Of a DNA stretch of 64,000 nucleotides, positions 1-11,300 are shown in pieces. Position 1 is the stretch's first letter. Every line of letters begins with the position of its first letter. A program made the translations under genes and the position numbers. Below the pieces are notes generated by a model. That model ran no database searches, had not been told where the DNA came from, and saw nothing but the letters and a program-made list of their open reading frames with translations. Source of the stretch: the human T2T-CHM13v2.0 reference genome, Homo sapiens; assembly GCF_009914755.1 (NCBI RefSeq), contig NC_060933.1. The stretch is one strand, 5' to 3'.

Positions 1-357
1 CCATTCCATTCCATTCCATTCCATTCCATTCCGGATGATTCCATTCCATTGCATTCCGTTCCATTACATTCCCCTGCACTCGCGTTGATTCCATTCCATT
101 CCATTCCATTCCATTCAATTCCATTCCATTACAATTCGTTCCATTCCATTCTATTCCGTACCATTCCATTCCATTCCATACAATTCCATTCCATTCCATT
201 CCATTCCATTCCGTTCCATTCCGTTCCATTCCATTCCATTCCCTTCTATTCGGGTTAATTCCATTCCATTCCATTCCATTCCATTCCATTCCATTCTATT
301 CCATTCCATTGCAATCGAGTTGAATCCATTGCATTTCATTCCATTCCATTCCATTCC

Positions 358-372
358 ATTCCGGAAGATTCC
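358..372. promoter_or_regulatory. Canonical three-unit heat-shock element (nTTCnnGAAnnTTCn), representative of a recurring module; candidate HSF1 site
   Basis: Sequence is aTTCcgGAAgaTTCc (TTC 359-361, GAA 364-366, TTC 369-371). The module recurs near 2774, 4456, 5614, 6982, 7716, 8649, 10091, 13329, 16375, 17920, 19961 and onward to about 62267. HSF1 binding to SatIII arrays is established; binding at these sites is inferred. Confidence 0.6.
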
Positions 373-569
373 ATTCCATTGCATTCCATTCCATTCCATT
401 CCCCTGCACTCGCGTTGATTCCATTCCATTCCATTCCATTCCATTCCATTCCTTTCCATTCCATTCCGTTCCGTTCCATTCCATTCCATTGCATTCCATT
501 CCATTCCATTCCGTTCCGTTCCATTCCATTCCATTCCATTCTATTAGGGTTAATTCCATTCCATTCCAT

Positions 570-583
570 TCGATTGCAATCGA
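570..583. other. Perfect 14-bp palindrome TCGATTGCAATCGA (representative of a recurring module)
   Basis: The sequence is self-reverse-complementary. It recurs downstream of the CTATTCGGGTTAATT module, e.g. near 1408, 1977, 7179, 13511, 18910, 45760, 50040, 54044. Confidence 0.85.
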
Positions 584-692
584 GTTGATTCCATTCCATT
601 CCATTCCATTCCATTCCGTTCCATTCCATTCCTTTCCATTCCATTACGGATGATTCCATTGCATTGCATTCCATTCCATTCCATTCCCCTGT

Positions 693-702
693 ACTCGGGT
701 TG
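693..702 (-). repeat. Representative SatIII interspersed decamer (CAACCCGAGT on -; variants CAACACGAGT, CAACGCGAGT), very frequent across the window
   Basis: ACTCGGGTTG is read directly here. Variants ACTCGTGTTG (about 738) and ACTCGCGTTG (about 78, 408) each occur in their own fixed contexts. Confidence 0.92.
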
Positions 703-3539
703 ATTCCATTCCATTCCATTCCAATCCATGCCATTCCACTCGTGTTGATTCCATTCTTTCCATTCCATTCAAGTTGAATCCATTCCATTGCATTCCATTC
801 CATTCGATTCCATTCGATTGCACACTGGTTGATTCCATTCCATTGCATTCCATTCCATTCCGTTCCTTTCCATTCCATTACATTCGGATTGATTCTATTC
901 AATTCCCTTACACTCCATTACATTACATTCCATTCGGGTAGTTTCCATTCCATTCCATTCCATTAATCTCCATTCCATTGAACTCGGGTTGATTCCATTC
1001 CATTGCATTCCATTCCATTCCATTCCATTCAATTCCATTCCGTTCCATTCCATTCCATTACATTCGGATTGATTCTATTCAACTCCCTTAGTCTCCATTA
1101 CGTTACATTCCATTCGGGTTGTTCCATTCCATTCCATTCCATTCCACTCCATTCCATTGCACTCGGGTTTATTCCATTCCATTCCATTCAATTCCATTCC
1201 ATTCTGGAAGATTCCATTCCACTGCATTCCATTCCATTCCATTCCATTGTACTCGCGTTGATTCCATTCCATTCCATTCCATTCCATTCCATTCCATTCC
1301 ATTCCTTTCCTTTCCATTCCATTCCATTCCATTCCATTCCATTCCGTTCCGTTCCGTTCCATTCCATTCTATTCCATTCTATTCGGGTTAATTCCATTCC
1401 ATTCCATTCGATTGCAATCGAGTTGATGCCATTCCATTCCACTCCATTCCATTCCATTCCATTCCTTTCCATTCCATTACGGATGATTCCATTCCATGGC
1501 ATTCCATTCCATTCCATTCCCCTGCAGTCAGGTTGATTCCATTCCATTCCATTCCATTCCATTCCATTCCATTCCGTTCCGTTCCATTCCATTCCATTCC
1601 TTTCTATTGGGGTTAATTCCATTCCATTCCATTCCATTACATTCGTATTGATTCTATTCAACTCCCTTACTCTCCATTACATTCCATTCCATTCGGGTTG
1701 TTCCATTCCATTCCATTCCATTCCACTCCATTCCATTGCACTCGGGTTGATTCCATTCCATTCCATTCCATTCCATTCCATTCCATTCTGGAAGATTCCA
1801 TCCCATTGCATTCCATTCCATTCCATTCCCCTGCACTCGCGTTGATTCCATTCCATTCCATTCTATTCCATTCCATTCCCTTCCTTTCCGTTCCATTCCA
1901 TTCCATTCCATTCCATTCCGTTCCGTTCCATTCCATTCCATTCCATTCTATTCGGGTTAATTCCATTCCATTCCATTCGATTGCAATCGAGTTGATTCCA
2001 TTCCATTCCATTCCATTCCATTCCATTCCTTTCCATTCCATTACGGATGATTCCACTCCATTGCATTCCATACCATTCCATTCCCCTATACTCGGGTTGA
2101 TTCCATTCCATTCCATTCCAATCCATGCCATTCCACTCGCGTTGATTCCATTCTTTCCATTCCATTCAAGTTGAATCCATTCCATTGCATTCCATTCCAT
2201 TCGATTCCATTCGATTGCACTCGGGTTTATTCCATTCCATTGCATTCCATTGCATTCCATTACATTCCATTCCATTCCGTTCCATTCCATTTCATTACAT
2301 TCAGATTGATTCTATTCAATTCCCTTACACTCCATTATATTCCAATCCATTCTGGTTGTCTCCATTCCATTCCATTCCATTTCACTCCATTCCATTGCAC
2401 TCGGGTTGATTCCATTCCATTCCATTCCATTGCATTCCATTCCATTCCATTCCAGATGATTCCATTCCATTGCATTCCATTCCATTCCATTCCCCTTCAC
2501 TCGGGTTGATTCCATTCCATTCCATTCCATTCCAATTCTTTCCATTCCATTCTATTCCGTACCATTCCATTCCATTCCATACAATTCCATTCCATTCCAT
2601 TCCACTCCGTTCCGTTCCGTTCCGTTCTGTTCCGTTCCATTCCATTCCATTCCATTCTATTCGGTTTAACTGCATTCCATTCCATTCCATTCCATTCCAT
2701 TCTATTCCATTCCATTGCAATCGAGTTGAATCCATTGCATTCCATTCCATTCCATTCCATTCCATTCCATTCCGGAAGATTCCATTCCATTGCATTCCAT
2801 TCCATTCCATTCCTTTCGATTGCACTCGGGTTGATTCCATTCCATTGCATTCCATTCCATTCAATTCCATTCCATTCCATTCCATTCCGTTCCATTCCAT
2901 TCCATTACATTCGGATTGATTCTATTCAATTCCCTTACACTCCATTACATTCCGTTCCTTTCGGGTAGTTTCCATTCCATTCCATTCCATTCCTCTCCAT
3001 TCCATTGCACTCGGGTTGATTCCATTCCATTGCATTCCATTCCATTCCATTCAATTCCATTCCGTTCCATTCCATTCCATTACATTCGGATTGATTCTAA
3101 TCAACTCCCTTACTCTCCATTACATTCCATTCCATTCGGGTTGTTCCATTCCATTCCATTCCATTCCACTCCATTCCATTGCACTCGGGTTTATTCCATT
3201 CCATTCCATTCCATTCCATTCCATTCCATTCCATTCCGCAAGATTCCATTCCATTGCATTCCATTCCATTCCATTCCCCTGCACTCGCGTTGATTCCATT
3301 CCATTCCATTCCATTGTATTCCATTCCATTCCATTCCATTCCATTCCTTTCCGATCCATTCCATTCCATTCCATTCCATTCCATTCCAATCCATTCCGTT
3401 CTGTTCCGTTCCGTTCCGTTCCATTCCATTCCATTCCATTCTATTCGGGTTAATTCCATTCCATTCCATTCGACTGCAATCGAGTTGATTCCATTCCTTT
3501 CCATTCCATTCCATTCCATTCCATTCCATTCCATTCCGT

Positions 3540-5590
3540 TCCGTTCCGTTCCATTCCATTCTATTCGGGTTAATTCCATTCCATTCCATTCCATTCCATT
3601 CCATTCCAATCGAGTTGATTCCATTCCATTCCATTCCATTCCATTCCACTCCATTCCAGTCCTTTCCATTCCTTTCCACTCGGGTTGATTCCAATGTATT
3701 CCTTTCCATTCCATTCCATTCCATTGCAATCGAGTTGATTCCATTGCTTTGCATTCCATTCCATTCCATTCCATTCCGGATGATTCCATTCCATTGCATT
3801 CCATTCCATTCCATTCCCCTGCACTCGGGTTGATTCCATTCCATTCCATTCCGTTCCGTTCCATTCCATTCCATTCCATTCTATTCGGGTTAATTCCATT
3901 CCATTCCATTCGATTGCAATCGTGTTGATTCCATTCCATTGCATTCCATTCCATTCCATTCCCCTGTACTCGGGTTGATTCCATTCCATTGCATTCCAAT
4001 CCATGCCCTTCCACTCGCGTTGATTCCATTCTTTCCATTCCATTCAAGTTGAATCCATTCCATTGCATTCCATTCCATTCGATTCCATTCAATTGCACTC
4101 GGGTTGATTCCATTCCATTGCATTCCATTCCATTCCATTCCATTCCATTACATTCGGATTGATTCTATTCAATTCCCTTACACTCCATTACATTCCATTC
4201 CATTCGGGTAGTTTCCATTCCATTCCATTCCATTCCTCTCCATTCCATTGCACTCGGGTTGATTCCATTCCATTGCATTCCTTTCCATTCCATTCAATTC
4301 CATTCCGTTCCATTCCATTCCATTACATTCGTATTGATTCTATTCAACTCCCTTACTCTCCATTACATTCCATTGCATTCGGGCTGTTCCATTCCATTCC
4401 ATTCCATTCCACTCCATTCCATTGCACTCGGGTTGATTCCATTCCATTCCATTCCGGAAGATTCCATTCCATTGCATTCCATTCCATTCCATTCCCCTGC
4501 ACTCGCGTTGATTCCTTTCCATTCCATTCCATTCCATTCCTTTCCGTTCCATTCCATTCCATTCCATTCCATTCCATTCCATTCCATTCCGTTCCGTTCC
4601 GTTCCATTCCATTCCATTCCATTCTATTCGAGTTAATTCCATTCCATTCCATTCGATTGCAATCAAGTTGATTCCATTCCATTCCATTCCATTCCATTCC
4701 ATTCCATTCCATTCCATTCCATTCCGGATGATTCCATTCCAATGCATTCCATTCCATTCCATTCCCCTGTACTCGGGTTCATTCCATTCCATTCCATTCC
4801 AATCCATGCCATTCCACTCGTGTTGATTCCATTCTTTCCATTCCATTCAAGTTGAATCCATTCCATTGCATTCCATTCCATTCCATTCCCCTGCAGTCGG
4901 GTTGATTCCATTCCATTCCATTCCATTCCATTCCATTCCGTTCCGTTCCGTTCCATTCCATTCCATTCCTTTCTATTCGGGTTAATTCCATTCCATTCCA
5001 TTCCATTCCATTCCATTCCAATCGAGTTGATTCCATTCCATTCCATTCCATTCCATTCCATTCCACTCCATTCCAGTCCTTTCCATTCCACTACACTCGG
5101 GTTGATTCCAATGTATTCCTTTCCATTCCATTCCATTCCATTGCAATCGAGTTGATTCCATTGCTTTGCATTCCATTCCATTCCATTCCATTCCGGATGA
5201 TTCCATTCCATTGCATTCCATTCCATTCCATTCCCCTGCACTCGGTTTGATTCCATTCCATTCCATTCCGTTCCGTTCCATTCCATTCCATTCCATTCTA
5301 TTCGGGTTAATTCCATTCCATTCCATTCGATTGCAATCGTGTTGATTCCATTCCATTCCATTCCATTCCATTCGATTCCATTCCATTCCTTTCCATTCCA
5401 TTATGGATGATTCCATTCCATTGCATTCCATTCCATTCCATTCCCCTGTACTCGGGTTGACTCCATTCCATTGCATTCCAATCCATGCCCTTCCACTCGT
5501 GTTGATTCCATTCTTTCCATTCCGTTCAAGTTGAATCCACTCCATTGCATTCCATTCCATTCGATTCCATTCGATTGCACTCGGGTTGAT
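3540..5590 (+). repeat. Internal duplication block A, copy 1 (about 2 kb; other copies about 9175-11220 and 28780-30825)
   Basis: Shares rare variants CGGGCTGTTCC, GCAATCAAGTTG, CCAATGCATT, GGGTTGACTCC and CCGTTCAAGTTGAATCCAC with the other copies. Matching ORFs at 3615/9250/28853, 4259/9894/29497 and 5471/11101/30704. Confidence 0.85.
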
Positions 5591-6599
5591 TCCATTCCAT
5601 TCCATTCCATTCCGGAAGATTCCATTCCACTGCATTCCATTCCATTCCATTCCCCTGCACTCGCGTTGATTCCATTCCATTCCATTCCATTCCATTCCAT
5701 TCCATTCCATTCCTTTCCGTTCCATTCCATTCCATTCCGTTCCGTTCCGTTCCATTCCATTCCATTCCATTTTATTCGGGTTAATTCCATTCCATTCCAT
5801 TCGATTGCAATCGAGGTGATTCCATTCCATTCCATTCCATTCCATTCCATTCCATTCCATTCCATTCCGGATGATTCCATTCCATTGCATTCCATTCCAT
5901 TCCATTCCACTGTACTCGGGTTCATTCCATTCCATTCCATTCCAATCCATGCCATTCCACCCGTGTTGATTCCATTCTTTCCATTCCATTCAAGTTGAAT
6001 CCATTCCATTGCATTCCATTCCATTCCATTCCCCTGCAGTCGGGTTGATTCCATTCCATTCCATTCCATTCCATTACATTCCGTTCCGTTCCGTTCCATT
6101 CCATTCCATTCCATTCCATTCTATTCGGGTTAATTCCATTCCATTCCATTCCATTCCATTCCATTCCAATCGAGTTGATTCCATTCCATTCCATTCCATT
6201 CCATTCCATTCCATTCCATTCCACTCCATTCCAGTCCTTTCCATTCCATTCCACTCGGGTTGACTCCAATGTATTCCTTTCCATTCCATTCCATTCCATT
6301 GCAATCGAGTTGATTCCATTGCTTTGCATTCCATTCCATTCCATTCCATTCCGGATGATTCCATTCCATTGCATTCCATTCCATTCCATTCCCCTGCACT
6401 CGGGTTGATTCCATTCCATTCCATTACATTACATTCCGTTCCATTCCATTCCATTCCATTCGGATTGATTCTATTCCATTCCCTTACACTCCATTCCGTT
6501 CCATTACAATCGAGTTGATTCTATTCCATTCCATTCCATTCCATTCCACTCCATTCCAGTCCTTTCCATTCCATTCCATTCGGGTTGTTCCATTCCATT

Positions 6600-9500
6600 C
6601 CATTCCATTCCACTCCATTCCATTGCACTCGGGTTGATTCCATTCCATTCCATTCCATTCCATTCCGGATGATTCCATTCCATTGCATTCCGTTCCATTA
6701 CATTCCCCTGCACTCGCGTTGATTCCATTCCATTCCATTCAATTCCATTAAATTACAATTCGTTACATTCCATTCTATTCCGTACCATTCCATTCCATTC
6801 CATACCATTCCATTCCATTCCATTCCATTCCATTCCGTTCCATTCCGTTCCATTGCATTCCATTCCATTCTATTCGGGTTCATTCTATTCCATTCCATTC
6901 CATTCCGTTCTATTCCATTCCATTGCAATCGAGTTGAATCCATTACATTTCATTCCATTCCATTCCATTCCATTCCATTCCGGAAGATTCCATTCCATTG
7001 CATTCCATTCCATTCCATTCCCCTGCACTCGCGTTGATTAGATTCCATTCCATTCCATTCCATTCCATTCCGTTCCGTTCCATTCCATTCCATTCCATTC
7101 CATTCCAATCCATTCCATTCCGTTCCTTTCCATTCCATTCCATTTCATTCCATTCGGGTTAATTCCATTCCATTCCATTCGATTGCAATCGAGTTGATTC
7201 CATTCCATTCGATTCCATTCGATTGCACTCGGGTTGATTCCATTCCATTGCATTCCATTCCATTCCATTCCATTCCATTCCATTCCATTCCATTCCGTTC
7301 CATTCCTTTCCATTACATTCGGATTGATTCTATTCAATTCCCTTACACTCCATTACATTCCATTCCATTCGGGTAGTTTCCACTCCATTCCATTCCATTT
7401 CTCTCCATTCCATTGCACTCGGGTTGATTCCATTCCATTGCATTCCACTCCATTCGGGTAGTTTCCACTCCATTCCATTTCATTCCTCTCCATTCCATTG
7501 CACTCGGGTTGATTCCATTCCATTGCATTCCATTCCATTCCATTCAATTCCATTCCGTTCCATTCCATTCCATTACATTCGGATTGATTCTAATCAACTC
7601 CCTTACTCTCCATTACATTCCATTCCATTCGGGTTGTTCCATTCCATTCCATTCCATTCCACTCCATTCCATTGCACTCGGGTTGATTCCATTCCATTCC
7701 ATTCCATTCCATTCCGGAAGATTCCATTCCATTGCATTCCATTACATTCCATTCCCCTGCACTCGCGTTGATTCCATTCCATTCCATTCCATTCCATTCC
7801 ATTCCGTTCCGTTCCATTCCATTCCATTCCATTCCATTCCATTCCATTCCGTTCCGTTCCATTCCATTCCATTCCATTCTATTCGGGTTAATTCCATTCC
7901 ATTCCATTCTATTGCAATCGTGTTGATTCCATTCCATTCCATTCCATTCCATTCCATTCTATTTGGGTTAATTCCATTCCATTCCATTCTATTGCAATCG
8001 TGTTGATTCCATTCCATTCCATTCCATTCCATTCCATTCCTTTCCATTCCATTACGGATGATTCCATTCCATTGCATTCCATTCCATTCCATTCCCCTGT
8101 ACTCGGGTTGATTCCATTCCATTGCATTCCAACCCATGCCCTTCCACTCGTGTTGATTCCATTCTTTCCATTCCATTCAAGTTGAATCCATTCCATTGCA
8201 TTCCATTCCATTCGATTCCATTCGATTGCACTCGGGTTGATTCCATTCCATTGCATTCCATTCCATTCAATTCCATTCCATTCCATTCCATTCCGTTCCA
8301 TTCCATTCCATTACATTCGGATTGATTCTATTCAATTCCCTTACACTCCATTACATTCCGTTCCATTCGGGTAGTTTCCATTCCATTCCATTCCATTCCT
8401 CTCCATTCCATTGCACTCGGGTTGATTCCATTCCATTGCATTCCATTCCATTCCATTCAATTCGATTCCGTTCCATTCCATTCCATTACATTCGGATTGA
8501 TTCTATTCAACTCCCTTACTCTCCATTACATTCCATTCCATTCGGGTTGTTCCATTCCATTCCATTCCATTCCACTCCATTCCATTGCACTCGGCTTTAT
8601 TCCACTCCATTCCATTCCATTCCATTCCATTCCATTCCATTCCATTCCGGAAGATTCCATTCCATTGCATTCCATTCCATTCCATTCCCCTGCACTCGCG
8701 TTGATTCCATTCCATTCTATTCCATTCCATTCCATTCCATTCCATTCCATTCCATTCCATTCCGTTCCATTCCATTCCATTCCATTCCATTCCATTCAGT
8801 TCCGTTCCGTTCCGTTCCGTTCCATTCCATTCCATTCCATTCTATTCGGGTTAATTCCATTTCATTCCATTCGACTGCAATCGAGTTGATTCCATTCCAT
8901 TCCATTCCATTCCATTCCATTCCATTCCATTCCTTTCCATTCCGTTACGGATGATTCCATTCCATTGCATTCCATTCCATTCCATTCCCCTGTACTCGGG
9001 TTGATTCCATTCCATTCCATTCCAATCGATGCCATTCCACTCGTGTTGATTCCATTCTTTCCAATCCATTTAAGTTGAATCCATTCCATTGCATTCCATT
9101 CCATTCCATTCCCCTGCACTCGGGTTGATTCCATTCCATTCCATTCCATTCCATTCCATTCCGTTCCGTTCCGTTCCATTCCATTCCATTCCATTCTATT
9201 CGGGTTAATTCCATTCCATTCCATTCCATTCCATTCCATTCCAATCGAGTTGATTCCATTCCATTCCATTCCATTCCATTCCACTCCATTCCAGTCCTTT
9301 CCATTCCGTTCCACTCGGGTTGATTCCAATGTATTCCTTTCCATTCCATTCCATTCCATTGCAATCGAGTTGATTCCATTGCTTTGCATTCCTTTCCATT
9401 CCATTCCATTCCGGATGATTCCATTCCATTGCATTCCATTCCATTCCATTCCCCTGCACTCGGGTTGATTCCATTCCATTCCATTCCGTTCCGTTCCATT

Positions 9501-11300
9501 CCATTCCATTCCATTCTATTCGGGTTAATTCCATTCCATTCCATTCGATTGCAATCGTGTTGATTCCATTCCATTGCATTCCATTCCATTCCATTCCCCT
9601 GTACTCGGGTTGATTCCATTCCATTGCATTCTAATCCATGCCCTTCCACTCGTGTTGATTCCATTCTTTCCATTCCATTCAAGTTGAATCCATTCCATTG
9701 CATTCCATTCCATTCGATTCCATTCGATTGCACTCGGGTTGATTCCATTCCATTGCATTCCATTCCATTCCATTCCATTCCATTACATTCGGATTGATTC
9801 TATTCAATTCCCTTACACTCCATTACATTCCATTCCATTCGGGTAGTTTCCATTCCATTCCATTCCATTCCTCTCCATTCCATTGCACTCGGGTTGATTC
9901 CATTCCATTGCATTCCATTCCATTCCATTCAATTCCATTCCGTTCCATTCCATTCCATTAAATTCGGATTGATTCTATTCAACTCCCTTACTCTCCATTA
10001 CATTCCATTGCATTCGGGCTGTTCCATTCCATTCCATTCCATTCCACTCCATTCCATTGCACTCGGGTTGATTCCATTCCATTCCATTCCGGAAGATTCC
10101 ATTCCATTGCATTCCATTCCATTCCATTCCCCTGCACTCGCGTTGATTCCATTCCATTCCATTCCATTCCATTCCTTTCCGTTCCATTCCATTCCATTCC
10201 ATTCCATTCCATTCCATTCCATTCCGTTCCGTTCCGTTCCATTCCATTCCATTCCATTCTATTCGGGTTAATTCCATTCCATTCCATTCGATTGCAATCA
10301 AGTTGATTCCATTCCATTCCATTCCATTCCATTCCATTCCATTCCATTCCATTCCGGATGATTCCATTCCAATGCATTCCATTCCATTCCATTCCCCTGT
10401 ACTCGGGTTCATTCCATTCCATTCCATTCCAATCCATGCCATTCCACTCGTGTTGATTCCATTCTTTCCATTCCAGTCAAGTTGAATCCATTCCATTGCA
10501 TTCCATTCCATTCCATTCCCCTGCAGTCGGGTTGATTCCATTCCATTCCATTCCATTCCATTCCATTCTGTTCCGTTCCGTTCCATTCCATTCCATTCCA
10601 TTCTATTCGGGTTAATTCCATTCCATTCCATTCCTTTCCATTCCATTCCAATCGAGTTGATTCCATTCCATTCCATTCCATTCCATTCCATTTCACTCCA
10701 TTCCAGTCCTTTCCATTCCATTCCACTCGGGTTGATTCCAATGTATTCCTTTCCATTCCATTCCATTCCATTGCAATCGAGTTGATTCCATTGCTTTGCA
10801 TTCCATTCCATTCCATTCCATTCCGGATGATTCCATTCCATTGCATTCCATTCCATTCCATTCCCCTGCACTCGGGTTGATTCCATTCCATTCCATTCCG
10901 TTCCGTTCCATTCCATTCCATTCCATTCTATTCGGGTTAATTCCATTCCATTCCATTCGATTGCAATCGTGTTGATTCCATTCCATTCCATTCCATTCCA
11001 TTCGATTCCATTCCATTCCTTTCCATTCCATTATGGATGATTCCATTCCATTGCATTCCATTCCATTCCATTCCCCTGTACTCGGGTTGACTCCATTCCA
11101 TTGCATTCCAATCCATTCCCTTCCACTCGTGTTGATTCCATTCTTTCCATTCCGTTCAAGTTGAATCCACTCCATTGCATTCCATTCCATTCGATTCCAT
11201 TCGATTGCACTCGGGTTGATTCCATTCCACTGCATTCCATTCCATTCCATTCCATTCCATTCCATTCCGTTCCATTCCATTCCATTACATTCAGATTGAT
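6600..11300 (+). repeat. Internal duplication block B, copy 1 (about 4.7 kb; contains block A copy 2)
   Basis: Diagnostic strings CCATTAAATTACAATTCGTTACATT (about 6746), TGATTAGATTC (7035), CCAACCCATGCC (about 8129), CCAATCGATGCC (about 9022) and CCAGTCAAGTTG (about 10473) all recur in order 19.6-19.7 kb downstream. Confidence 0.88.
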
